This document shows positions 44,387 through 53,971 of a stretch of 64,000 bases of DNA, piece after piece. Under the pieces are notes generated by a model, which saw nothing but the letters and a program-made list of their open reading frames with translations, was not told the origin of the DNA and ran no database searches. Source of the DNA: Saprospiraceae bacterium (lineage in GTDB: Bacteria > Bacteroidota > Bacteroidia > Chitinophagales > Saprospiraceae); assembly GCA_016717655.1 (NCBI GenBank), contig JADKFC010000006.1, forward strand, positions 162,857 through 226,856. Direction: 5' to 3'. A program made the position numbers and the translations under genes. The stretch's first letter is position 1. Every line of letters starts with the position of its first letter.

Positions 44387-44888
44387 AGACAAAAATTATA
44401 AAAAAACCATTGACAGGTCCATTAGAAGAAATGCCAGTTTATAGGCATGGTTTGAGACCTGAAGAAAAGAATAGGGCAGACATGCAGTTAATGGTTGCAG
44501 TCAGAAAAAAGCGGTCACAAATGTCGGAAGCCCAAATGCAATATGCATCATTGATGCAGTTGCGCTATCTGATTGAGGATTATATTAAAGCAGATCAATA
44601 CGATGAAAGATGGTCTTTTGCCAATGTTTTAAGGGCATACATAAAACAAAAACTAGGCTTTTGCAAGACCTTTGTCTCGATGAAACAGAGCTGAGTTCTG
44701 TTTTAAATAAAAGGCGGTCGCCTTCTGATAAGACCATTATAAGGCTGGAGTTGCATTCTAATAGTATCATTCCGGCCACCAGCTGGTATCGTTTGGTTCA
44801 GTTGGAAAAAGCCCATTTCTTTTCGATAATATTAAAAACATCCAGGCAGAAAAAAAATGTAAAAAATAGGATGGTGTCCCATTTTTGA
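44383..44888 (+). CDS. HTH (XRE/HigA-like) protein, one frame break near 44643-44646
   Basis: ORFs 44383..44694 and 44610..44888 join as ..RAYIK|TKTRLLQDLCLDETELSSVLNKRRSPSDKTIIRLE.. with one more A in the A4 run. The second part resembles an XRE HTH. Confidence 0.5.
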
Positions 44889-44935
44889 TAATAGCATCCT
44901 CTTATAACCCTTATCTTGTTCCAAATCTTTTATTT

Positions 44936-45921
44936 ATGTTCATAGGCAAAAAAATTGAACTCCCCTTTGTCTGGTTTTTTGGTAGAAAAAACATCCTTTT
45001 ACCGCTGCCCTCAGTTCGGTGGTGGTCTTGCTGCACCACTACGCCGGCTTCCAATTTATTGGCATTCCCTTTTTACCGGTAGCCACCATCGGTACGGCGG
45101 TTGCGTTTTATGTAGGTTTTAAAAACAACCAGGCCTATGACCGGCTCTGGGAGGCCAGAAGACTGTGGGGAGGTTTTACCAATGTGAGCCGTACCCTGGC
45201 TGCCTCCTTTATTTCACTGGTAAAGGACAAAGACATCCAAAAAGACTTCCTTACCCGCCACATCGCCTATCTCAACATTGTAAGGATGCAACTCCGCAAA
45301 ACCATACCCTGGGCTACCAACAACGAAGACTACCACCGCCAGGTGGTATCCGAAGCCGATGAGGTAAAACAGTTTGACCATGCCATCGTAGAGTTGTTTC
45401 AAAGCCTGGATAAGATGGACATTTACGAAAAGGTCAAACACAAGGGCAACATTGCCAACCACGCCCTCCGCTACCAGTTTGAGGTATTGACCAAACTCAA
45501 ACGCGAAAAGGTGCTGGATGAATACGAACACAGCGACCTGAGCAAGCTACTGGGCGAGCTCTACAACCTCCAGGGTGGCTGCGAAAGGATCAAAACCACC
45601 CCCCTGTTTCGACAGTACAGCCTCTTTAGCCGCCTCTTTGTCAAACTTTTTATTGTGCTCCTGCCCTTTGCCCTCGTATCCGAAATGAGCAAGTTTAGTC
45701 AATACGGCGTTTGGCTGGTCATCCCCTTTTCCGTACTGATCTCCTGGGTCTTTATGACCATGGAACAAATTGGCGAATCCAGCGAAAACCCCTTTGACAA
45801 CGGCACCAGCGATACACCCATGTCTGCCATCTGTAGAAACATAGAAATCGACATTTTAGAAATGCTGGGAGAAAGTAATTTGCCGCCGAAGGTGGAGCCG
45901 TATAATGATGTGTTGTTGTAG
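44936..45921 (+). CDS. Bestrophin/YneE (UPF0187) family anion channel, one frame break near 45008-45010
   Basis: IGIPFLPVATIGTAVAFYVGFKNNQAYDRLWEARRLWGG is the family signature. The N-terminus MFIGKKIELPFVWFFGRKNILLPL lies in another frame (ORF 44885..45082). Confidence 0.75.
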
Positions 45922-46091
45922 GGGGGGGATATTGAGAGAAATTACATCTTAGCAAGTTTCAGGATACAGTGACTTTCGCTAATTCAATAAAATATAGCTT
46001 TTTAAGGACTTAACCGGAAGTAGTGATAAAATTTATATTTTATTCTCAATTTTGGATAAATGGCGCTTGAAAATTCAGGCTTTAAGGCTTA

Positions 46092-47531
46092 TCAATTTTC
46101 ATTTCCCTGCAAAAGTAAGATAGTATTCCTCCCTACCGTATACGCGTATACCGCTGCCGGGATATAGACCAGTTTGATGTCATCCAGGATTTTACTAGCT
46201 GATTTATCGATCGTTGTTATCAGTGCAGTTTTGAGCTCATTGTCTCTCAGAAATTGTAAGAGTGATTTGAGATCCCCGGGTTTATCATAAAAATGATTGC
46301 TCCATTTTATTTCCATTGCCCAGTCAATTGTGAAGTTTCTATTGTTGAGTTTTACCATGTCTACTTCACCTTTGGCCCACCGGGCATAGTAGGGTGTAAA
46401 CCAAGCTCTGTGCATCCATTGGGAAAAGATGGCAGTTTCCACCATGTTGCCCATTGCCGCATCTGTGACATGGAGGGGAGAAAATAAGGCAGACCTCAGT
46501 GACGGATTGGTCAGGTAAATTTTAAAATGAGTAGCTCTTTGGAAGTGTTTGGGCTTGTTTGAAATTTTGTGCACAACCCGAATCAGAAAGGCTGCTTCCA
46601 GGTACTCGAGGTATCGTTTGATGGTGTTTTTTTGAATTCCTGCATTTTTACTCAATTCTTCAAGACTGATCTCTCCTCCACTATTGTAAGCTATAGCAGT
46701 AAACAGTGAATTTAATTCCTGTACATCGCGCACCCCGTAAAGTCCCGGTAGGTCGCGCAAGAGCACTTTATCCACAATATCACTTCTGATGTATCTTCCA
46801 GGGTTGTTTTGAATCTTCTCAGAAAATATGACTTCGGGATAGCCACCATAATTGATGTAGTTGATGAAATGTTGGTTGAGTTCATGGATGTTGTGGGTAC
46901 TAAATATCTTTTGCAAGCCCCCGTTCCAGCTTAGATTGCTTTCCGTGATTAGCATATCCAATTGTTTGAGGTGGATGTACTCATGGAAGGTAAGCGGAGG
47001 CAGCATAAAATCAGTAAACCTACCTGCTCCACTCTCATTACTTTTGTATTTAAGGGCTGCGGCAGCAGAACCCGAAACTATAAAACGGGTATTGGGGTAA
47101 CTATCGACCAATGATTTTAAATGCACTTCCCAATCTTTGAGATACTGAATCTCATCAAAAAAGACAAACCATCCTTTGGGATCGTTTTGACCACTGGCCT
47201 TCCTGCACAAGGCAAACATGTGTTCCAGCGCCATATTATTATAAATAGGCGTCTCAATTGATACAAAGGCGATTTTCAACGGATTGTGCCCACTCTCCAA
47301 TAAGTGGTCTATGGTATGGTACAACATCACGGTTTTTCCGACCCTCCGGGGACCCATGAGCACCACAGCTCTTCGGATGTCTGTGTCAGAAACCACCGGT
47401 TTAAAAAGTTCAAAATACATCCTTCGTGTCATGGAGGTGTAGTAGTTTTCTACAGCCCCGGTAAGCCACCATGGATTTTCAAACCGCAATCTGTCAAGAA
47501 TCTGGTCTTCTGAAAATGGTTGTAAAGGCAT
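46092..47531 (-). CDS. AAA+ ATPase with DUF4143-type C-terminal domain (COG1373-like)
   Basis: Walker A LMGPRRVGKT and Walker B VFFDEIQY, with a wHTH-like region (KNTIKRYLEYLEAAFLI). Confidence 0.75.
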   Translation of the reverse strand: MPLQPFSEDQILDRLRFENPWWLTGAVENYYTSMTRRMYFELFKPVVSDTDIRRAVVLMGPRRVGKTVMLYHTIDHLLESGHNPLKIAFVSIETPIYNNMALEHMFALCRKASGQNDPKGWFVFFDEIQYLKDWEVHLKSLVDSYPNTRFIVSGSAAAALKYKSNESGAGRFTDFMLPPLTFHEYIHLKQLDMLITESNLSWNGGLQKIFSTHNIHELNQHFINYINYGGYPEVIFSEKIQNNPGRYIRSDIVDKVLLRDLPGLYGVRDVQELNSLFTAIAYNSGGEISLEELSKNAGIQKNTIKRYLEYLEAAFLIRVVHKISNKPKHFQRATHFKIYLTNPSLRSALFSPLHVTDAAMGNMVETAIFSQWMHRAWFTPYYARWAKGEVDMVKLNNRNFTIDWAMEIKWSNHFYDKPGDLKSLLQFLRDNELKTALITTIDKSASKILDDIKLVYIPAAVYAYTVGRNTILLLQGNEN

Positions 47532-47747
47532 TGCTTAAAACTCTTATTATTGCAAAAATACATAAATAAGATCATTGTAATGATCTTAAATAAGAATAAA
47601 TTAGTAAAATAAGATCATATTAGTGTTTAGACGTGCTTATTTTACGATCTACAATATGGAAACTTTGAAATGATAAAGAATGAATCCACAGTCGCTTTGG
47701 AGGAAGAAAATAAAGTTTTGAATCTTTATCAGACAAAGGCACCGCAT

Positions 47748-47780
47748 AAAAAAAGGGAAGTATTTCAAGAATACTCCCCT
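47748..47780 (-). terminator. Rho-independent terminator downstream of tRNA-His
   Basis: The minus strand reads GGGGAGUAUU-CUUGA-AAUACUUCCC followed by U7. Confidence 0.75.
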
Positions 47781-47786
47781 TTTTTG

Positions 47787-47861
47787 GGTGGCTAATGGGA
47801 TTCGAACCCACGACCAATGGTACCACAAACCACTACTCTAACCAACTGAGCTATAGCCACC
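47787..47861 (-). tRNA. tRNA-His (anticodon GUG) with genome-encoded G-1
   Basis: Cloverleaf folded by hand: 8-bp acceptor stem (G-1:C73), GCUC/GAGU D stem, anticodon loop UUGUGGU, and GGUUCGAAUCC T arm. CCA is not fully encoded. Confidence 0.9.
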
Positions 47862-47922
47862 GTTTTAAAGTGATGCAAAATTACGGTTTTTTGGATAATT
47901 TGGAAAAATATTTTCACATTTT

Positions 47923-48260
47923 CATTTGTTCATATATTCATATCCTGGGTTGGTGCCTGAAAATGAGGTTATTACCACATGTGTTATTTTCTTTGTGATG
48001 GGATTGGTCATTGATATGTTCACATGTTCAAATGGTGTGTTTCGCTGCGCTCACCACTATATTCATATCCTGGGTTATTGCCTGAAAATGAAGTTTTTAC
48101 CGCTGTACTTAATTTCTTTGCTAAGGGATGTCCAATTAATGAACCAATTACCAAAGGATATGAAAATATGAACATAGAGACTTGCCCAGCAAGTCTCACC
48201 ATATGAACATATTTCCCCAATATGAACATGTTCCCCCAGCATGAACATATTCCCCTCGTC
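47923..48260. repeat. Cluster of direct and inverted repeats between tRNA-His and pyrR
   Basis: A 43-nt direct repeat ATATTCATATCCTGGGTTNNTGCCTGAAAATGARGTTNTTACC sits at about 47933 and 48059. TGTTCATATATTCATATCCT (47928) is inverted against AGGATATGAAAATATGAACA (48155). ATGAACATRTTYCCCC occurs three times at 48201-48255. Confidence 0.8.
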
Positions 48261-48304
48261 ACACACAAAATCCGTTTGTTTTTTTTTCTATCTTTGTACC
48301 CGAA

Positions 48305-48862
48305 ATGGATGTCTCAAGGCTTATAATCAACAAACAACGATTTTTGCTCACGGTCGACCGACTTTGTTACGAGCTGATCGAAAACCACGGCAATTTTGAG
48401 GATACTTGTCTGATCGGTATCCAGGACCGGGGTGCCCTGCTTTCGGATTTTTTGATGGAGCGACTCAAAAAGCTCAATAAAAAGATGGTGCCCAGGTATG
48501 GCAAGCTGGACATTACTTTTTATCGCGACGATTACCGGCACCGGGAGAAGCCATTGAAGGCTTCTTCGACCCTGATTGACTTTATTGTGGAAGACCAAAA
48601 GGTCATTCTGGTGGACGATGTCTTGTACTCAGGTCGCACCGTACACGCAGCCATGACGGCCATCCAGGACTTTGGAAGGGCCTCCAGCATAGAATTTCTT
48701 TGCCTGGTAGACAGGCGTTTCAATAGGCACTTTCCGATTAAGGCAGACTACACGGGTATCATCGTAGATACCATGGACGAAAGTTACGTCCGGGTAGAGT
48801 GGGAGCACATCCACGGACAGAGCCAGATCTTATTGTTATCTGATAAAAATGAGACCGCATGA
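48305..48862 (+). CDS. pyrR: Bifunctional pyrimidine operon regulator / uracil phosphoribosyltransferase
   Basis: PRPP-binding loop VILVDDVLYSGRTVHAAM. About 180 aa, directly upstream of and overlapping pyrB by 4 nt. Confidence 0.85.
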   Translation: MDVSRLIINKQRFLLTVDRLCYELIENHGNFEDTCLIGIQDRGALLSDFLMERLKKLNKKMVPRYGKLDITFYRDDYRHREKPLKASSTLIDFIVEDQKVILVDDVLYSGRTVHAAMTAIQDFGRASSIEFLCLVDRRFNRHFPIKADYTGIIVDTMDESYVRVEWEHIHGQSQILLLSDKNETA

Positions 48863-49791
48863 CGTCTACCTCGCAGCTAAGTACCAAACACCTGCTGGGC
48901 ATCAAACAGATTACCCGCGAAGATATCCTCACTATTTTTAAGGCGGCGGCCGACTTTAAGGAGGTCATCAACCGACCCATCAAAAAGGTGCCTTCGCTGA
49001 GGGATGTCACGGTGGTCAACCTGTTTTTTGAAAACTCCACCCGCACCCGCATTTCATTTGAACTGGCAGAACGTCGACTCTCAGCCGATGTGCTCAATTT
49101 TACAGCCTCTTCTTCTTCGGTGTCCAAAGGTGAAACCCTCCTCGATACGGTCAACAACATCCTGGCCATGAAGGTGGACATGGTGGTGATGCGACACCCC
49201 GCCCCCGGAGCCCACGTATTTTTGTCGAACCACATCGATGCCAACATCATCAATGCCGGCGACGGAACCCACGAGCACCCCACCCAGGCCCTGCTCGATG
49301 CCTTTTCTATGACAGAAGCCATTGGTCCGCTGGAAGGAAAAAACATCCTCATTGTGGGCGACATCCTGCACAGCAGGGTGGCCTTGTCCAATATCTTGTG
49401 CCTTAAAAAACTGGGCGCCAATGTGGCGGTTTGTGGTCCACCGACCCTGATACCCAAACACATGGACAGCTTGGGCGTAAAGGTGATGTACAACATCCTC
49501 GAAGCCCTGCAATGGTGCGATGTGGCCAATATCCTCAGGATCCAGCTGGAGCGACAAGACATCAAATACATACCCTCGCTGAGGGAATATGCCCTGTACT
49601 ACGGTGTGAACAAGGCCTTGCTCGACAAGGTTGGCAGACCCATCGTGATCATGCACCCGGGCCCCATCAACAGGGGCGTGGAGATCAGCAGCGATGTGGC
49701 AGATTCAGAACACTCCATCATCCTGGACCAGGTAGAAAACGGGGTTGCCATACGTATGGCAGTGCTGTATCTGCTTGCAGGTAAAAAATAA
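48859..49791 (+). CDS. pyrB: Aspartate carbamoyltransferase catalytic subunit
   Basis: FFENSTRTR, HPTQALLD and HPGP motifs. Confidence 0.92.
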   Translation: MTSTSQLSTKHLLGIKQITREDILTIFKAAADFKEVINRPIKKVPSLRDVTVVNLFFENSTRTRISFELAERRLSADVLNFTASSSSVSKGETLLDTVNNILAMKVDMVVMRHPAPGAHVFLSNHIDANIINAGDGTHEHPTQALLDAFSMTEAIGPLEGKNILIVGDILHSRVALSNILCLKKLGANVAVCGPPTLIPKHMDSLGVKVMYNILEALQWCDVANILRIQLERQDIKYIPSLREYALYYGVNKALLDKVGRPIVIMHPGPINRGVEISSDVADSEHSIILDQVENGVAIRMAVLYLLAGKK

Positions 49792-49880
49792 GAACTGTTA
49801 AAATATTATTAAAAAAAGTTATACATGGGAGACCATGGAAACATTTTTGTCTAATTTAGAGTCTAGATTGAGGTAAAATT

Positions 49881-51296
49881 ATGAAAGTGAAAAACAACTT
49901 ATGGAGTGCTCTGGTGGGCATGGTCTTTTTTATTCCCACCCTGATCGGTCAATACCACATCAATTTTAAAATAGATGACTACACCAATGATACCTTAATT
50001 ATTGGGTATTATTATGGTGAAAAACAGCTGGTGAAAGACACCGTTTACGCCACCAAGCCGGGAGAATTTACCTTTAAGGGCGATGATAAACTCGATGACG
50101 GCATGTACATTGCCCTGCTGAAACCCGATAACACCTTTGTTCAATTTATCGTTTCTGGTGATGATAACAAATTTGATGTCAAATTCAAAAAGGCAGATAC
50201 AGCCAAACTGACCTTCAAAAACTCACCGGAGAACAAACGTTTTTACGACTACATGGACTACATCAAATCCATGAGAGATGCCGCCACCCCGCTGCGTGAC
50301 AGTCTTACCAAATTAAAGGAAAAAGACAAAGACGATCCCAGCATTAAAGCTAAATTGGATAAAATTGATACGGATGTAAAGGCTTATCAGGAAAAATTTG
50401 TGAAAGACCATAAAGGCACTTATACCGCCAACCTGATCTACTCCAACTTTGAGGTGACCATTCCCGAATTTACAGGTCCCGAAGAAGAGACCCAACTTAA
50501 GCGCTACCGATACTACAAAGAGCATTACTGGGATTATATGGACTGGGTATTTCCGGCGCTGATCCGCACTCCCTACATCCACCAAAAGATCGATTACTAC
50601 GTAAAAAAACTAACGGTTCAGAATCCGGACAGTCTTATCATCTCTGTTAAGGAAATCCTGACCAAGCTGGAAAAAAATCCGGATGCCCAGAAATACTACC
50701 TTTCGCACTTCCTCAATGAATACGCGAATAGCAAGATCATAGGTATGGACAAGATTTTTGTTTTCTTGTCAGACAACTACTACGCCAAAGGAAAGGCTAC
50801 CTGGGTGAAGGAAGAAAATCTCAAAAAAATCCTGGAGAGTGCAGACCACCTGCGCAACATCCTCATTGGTGAGATCTTCCCCAACATCACCACTTACAAA
50901 GAAGACAATACCCCGGTGGTTTTACACAATGTAAAATCAAAATATACCCTGCTCATATTCTGGGCTCCCGATTGCGGTCATTGCAAAAAATCAATGCCCG
51001 ACATCATCAAGTACGCCGCAGAGTTTAAAGACAAGGGCCTCACCACCATCACCGTATGTACCAAGGGCGGCGACAAAGCCAATACCTGCTGGGAAGGGAT
51101 AAAGGAAAAAAACATGGAAAGCCTCATCAACACCGGCGATCAATACCAGCGTTACCGCCAGATCGTTCATTTCCAAACCACACCCAAAATTTTCATCCTG
51201 GATGAGAAAAAGGAAATCCTTTTCAAAGACCTGCCTGCGGAAGAATTGGGCAATGTGATGAACGAAATTATTAAAATCGACGAAACAAAGAAGTAA
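49881..51296 (+). CDS. Exported thioredoxin-fold (TlpA/redoxin-like) protein with a long N-terminal domain
   Basis: Signal peptide. The C-terminal LLIFWAPDCGHCKK is a CxxC thioredoxin motif. Confidence 0.7.
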   Translation: MKVKNNLWSALVGMVFFIPTLIGQYHINFKIDDYTNDTLIIGYYYGEKQLVKDTVYATKPGEFTFKGDDKLDDGMYIALLKPDNTFVQFIVSGDDNKFDVKFKKADTAKLTFKNSPENKRFYDYMDYIKSMRDAATPLRDSLTKLKEKDKDDPSIKAKLDKIDTDVKAYQEKFVKDHKGTYTANLIYSNFEVTIPEFTGPEEETQLKRYRYYKEHYWDYMDWVFPALIRTPYIHQKIDYYVKKLTVQNPDSLIISVKEILTKLEKNPDAQKYYLSHFLNEYANSKIIGMDKIFVFLSDNYYAKGKATWVKEENLKKILESADHLRNILIGEIFPNITTYKEDNTPVVLHNVKSKYTLLIFWAPDCGHCKKSMPDIIKYAAEFKDKGLTTITVCTKGGDKANTCWEGIKEKNMESLINTGDQYQRYRQIVHFQTTPKIFILDEKKEILFKDLPAEELGNVMNEIIKIDETKK

Positions 51297-51301
51297 TGTA
51301 A

Positions 51302-51376
51302 AATCACGCTTTCGCGTGATTCAATGTTCACGTCCCACTGGCGTGGGACTAAATGTTCGCGCCTCCCGTTGTTCGG
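51302..51376. repeat. Hairpin (AATCACGC-TTTC-GCGTGATT) followed by one copy of the REP-like element (GTCCCAC variant)
   Basis: AATGTTCAC-GTCCCAC-TGGC-GTGGGAC-TAAATGTTCGCGCCTCCCGTTGTTCGGC, lying between convergent genes. Confidence 0.85.
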
Positions 51377-51494
51377 CTCTTTATGGTAAGTCAGTTTTTA
51401 AATATAGGGATACGGCTAGTTTAAAAATTTCTTTTTTATCCCAACTTTTACCTGTTGTGAAATTCTATCAAAGCAAGATTCCACTTACATTCTT

Positions 51495-53806
51495 TTAGTT
51501 GCTATCCACAATCAAAAATTTCCCACTATGCTGAACAGCCGACTTTGTGGTTATCGTATAAAAATACAAGCCGCTTGATTGAGTATTGTAATCCAGGATG
51601 AATTGTTCTTGTTTGATGGGCATCTGATCGATCAGTTTGCCTGTACTTTCGTATATGTTTAGCATACTTTCCTGTGACTGCCTGAGCCTTCCCTTGAATT
51701 GAATCTTTCCGGTGCTGGGATTCGGGAAACATTGGATGCCGGTGGTGTTAAAAACATCGATTTCTGATTGGGATGATATTGTGCAATTGCCGGGCATATT
51801 GTTATCGAGCCATTGTAGTCTTGTGGCTATCCAGGATTTTAGGGTGTCTAATTCTGCTTCATAATTGGTGGCAATGCCGCCTATTTCGGGTGCAGGACCA
51901 CTGAAGCCCAGGATACGCCATCGTTCAAAATGTCTGAGCTGGGGCTTGGAAACCAAATGCTGGATGCTATCTAAGTATTGAAAGATATAAGTGGTATCCA
52001 ATATAGATTGCCGATACATTCGATAGGTACATTGAAGCTCATTGGCAAAGGTTGAGTCTTGCAGCATTCTTATATACCAGCCTGAAGAGTTGTTGTCTGT
52101 AGGGCAGTCATTGTTGAGGTGGGCCCAGCCGGCACCTTCAAAATTGTCGTAGAGGTAACAGATGCCGAGATTTTTCCAGGCCCAGTCAAAGTCCCATACG
52201 GGGCCTGCTTTGAGTTTATTGTCTTTTGAGTTTCTGTCTTTGTGGTAAAAAATACTTTTTTTGAAGCCATCTGCATTTCGGGCGACTTCATTGACGATGA
52301 AGTAGTCGATGAATGAGGGCACATCTAAATATTTTCTATATCCATGGGTAGGATCTCTGAAATCATCGCTATACAACTGCGTTTCTAAACTATCTATGAA
52401 GGCGGCGATATACGTCTTTTGGGGTGGGGTGATGGTAAGTGCATCGGGGTATTCATAGAGAAAATGCACATCCAAACCCGGATGATCAATGGGGAGTAAT
52501 TGGATTGAAAACTATCGCCATCTCCGCGTAGGTTTTGCTGTAAAATATAACCTCCGGTGAGTTCATCGCCTTCAATGTCATCGGGGTTTAGTTTGGAGAT
52601 ATCTACCCTGTTTTTATCTCTTTTGATTTTTTCTGTGAGTACATAGATGCCTTTGTATGCACTGTCAATCATCACTTCACAGTGTCGTGTCGCCGGACTA
52701 TAGTTGCCCATTTGAGTAAAAAAATAATGGGGTAGGGTATTTCTTGCCAGTGATCGATCATTGAAATTTGAAAGTAGGATCCAATCATTTTCCTCTGGCA
52801 TGCGAAGAATAGAAACATCCTTATTTGCACCAGTACTGTCGCGGGTTTCAATGCTATAGGGTTGTTGGGGATAGCCTGCCGAACTAGCCCCTCTAATCTT
52901 GATTCCGATAGGACCATCGTAGATTTCTTCTCCTTTATACCGGATGTTCATTCTGGCATCGAGTCTACCGTCATAGGGTATATCCTGACCGTTTGTTTGA
53001 ATATAAATTACAGGTAATTCAGAATTTTCTAAATTGATTCGCCCAGAGTCGGTCCACTTTAGGTCATATGTAACATTTTCACCATTGGCACCCCACACCT
53101 GTGTATATACCTTTTGGCCCGCAGGTATATCAATCAAGGTTACGATGGTGTCCACACTGGTTTGGCCACAAGCTATCTTTTGTAATAGGCCACAATCAGC
53201 ACCTTGCCAAATTGCATAGCCTACGTTATTTTCGCCCTGTTGTTTGATGTCAAAAGCCATATTTCCAGATGGAGGTATGGTAGTGGCATACCAAATATCA
53301 CCCTCTTGATATGCACCACAATTGGGATTAATGCCAGAAGTTTCAGCACCTTCATTTTGGCCCATTTTCGATACTCCTGTTTCCAAATCAAGGGCTATGC
53401 AGGGATGTTTCCCAGCCTGCGCAGGATTGTTGCAGTTGGTGGATTTAGAAAAAACATTACCCGTTTTTGGATAGGGGCCATCACTAAAGATCACATCCCA
53501 GGCATCGTTAAAGATTTGGTAGGTATTTTCTTCTTCGTATTGGCCACTTGTGTATTTTAAACGCAAGTTATCGTTGTTGCAAACTTCAAATGTTTCAATA
53601 CTGCCAAGACCAGTACCAGAAAATTTTCTTATAAGGGTACCATTCAGAAAAACCTCCAAATAGCCATCATTCCATCCATCGCCATAACTGTCTTGCATGA
53701 CCAAATGATAAAAACAACATTGACCAAAAGTAGAGGTTGTATACAGTAAAGTGAAAAAAAAGGGTATGGCCACTCGGTAGCGATATAATTGCAAAAAATT
53801 TGACAT
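51495..53806 (-). CDS. CotH-kinase-family protein with T9SS C-terminal sorting domain, one frame break near 52491-52494
   Basis: ORFs 52394..53935 and 51495..52475 join as ..QSNYSP|IDHPGLDVHFLYEYPD.. with one more C in the coding-strand C4 run. CotH-like blocks are present (YPQQPYSIE, RHCEVMIDSAYKGIYVLTEKI, SFIDYFIVNEVARNADGF). The tail is FPNPSTGKIQFKG..GLYFYTITT. The start is probably the ATG at 53806 (MSNFLQLYRY..). Confidence 0.75.
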
Positions 53807-53871
53807 ATAGAAGACGCTATTATATTTGGTAAAAGTAAAGGATGAAAATGGTTTTGCCAAATTGCTATCAT

Positions 53872-53960
53872 TGCCCACTGGCGTGGGACTAAATGTTCGC
53901 GCCTCCCGTTGGTCGGCTAAATGTTCACGTCCCACTGGCGTGGGACTAAATGTTGACGCA
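53872..53960. repeat. Two copies of the REP-like element (GTCCCAC variant)
   Basis: ..CCCAC-TGGC-GTGGGAC-TAAATGTTCGCGCCTCCCGTTGGTCGGC-TAAATGTTCAC-GTCCCAC-TGGC-GTGGGAC-TAAATGTT. Confidence 0.85.
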
Positions 53961-53971
53961 TCTTCTAGCCC

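Noticed and set aside
45921-45929. The G8 run just after the bestrophin stop and the C7 run at about 58406-58412, considered as phase-variation switches.
   Set aside because: Both are intergenic and not positioned between -35/-10-like elements that I can recognise. Given the homopolymer error problem, their lengths are unreliable.
47540-47620. The palindrome AAGATCATTGTAATGATCTT and the repeated AATAAGATCAT upstream of the AAA+ ATPase gene, considered as an operator.
   Set aside because: This is a single short AT-rich palindrome in AT-rich DNA with no cognate regulator nearby. The support is too weak to call a feature.
47620-47998. ORFs 47620..47826 (-) and 47795..47998 (+).
   Set aside because: Both run through the tRNA-His gene and its terminator or the repeat-rich spacer, and neither has coding features.
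48759-49656. Long antisense ORFs inside pyrB (48759..49571 and 49081..49656, minus strand, 270 and 191 aa).
   Set aside because: They are shadow ORFs of a G+C-rich, strongly conserved gene, with Arg/Ser/Gly-rich low-complexity translations and no motifs. The same applies to the antisense ORFs inside the hox genes (33.2-36.1 kb), the adhesin (14.1-20.7 kb), miaA (55287..55808) and the SRPBCC/ArsR genes (31.4-32.2 kb).
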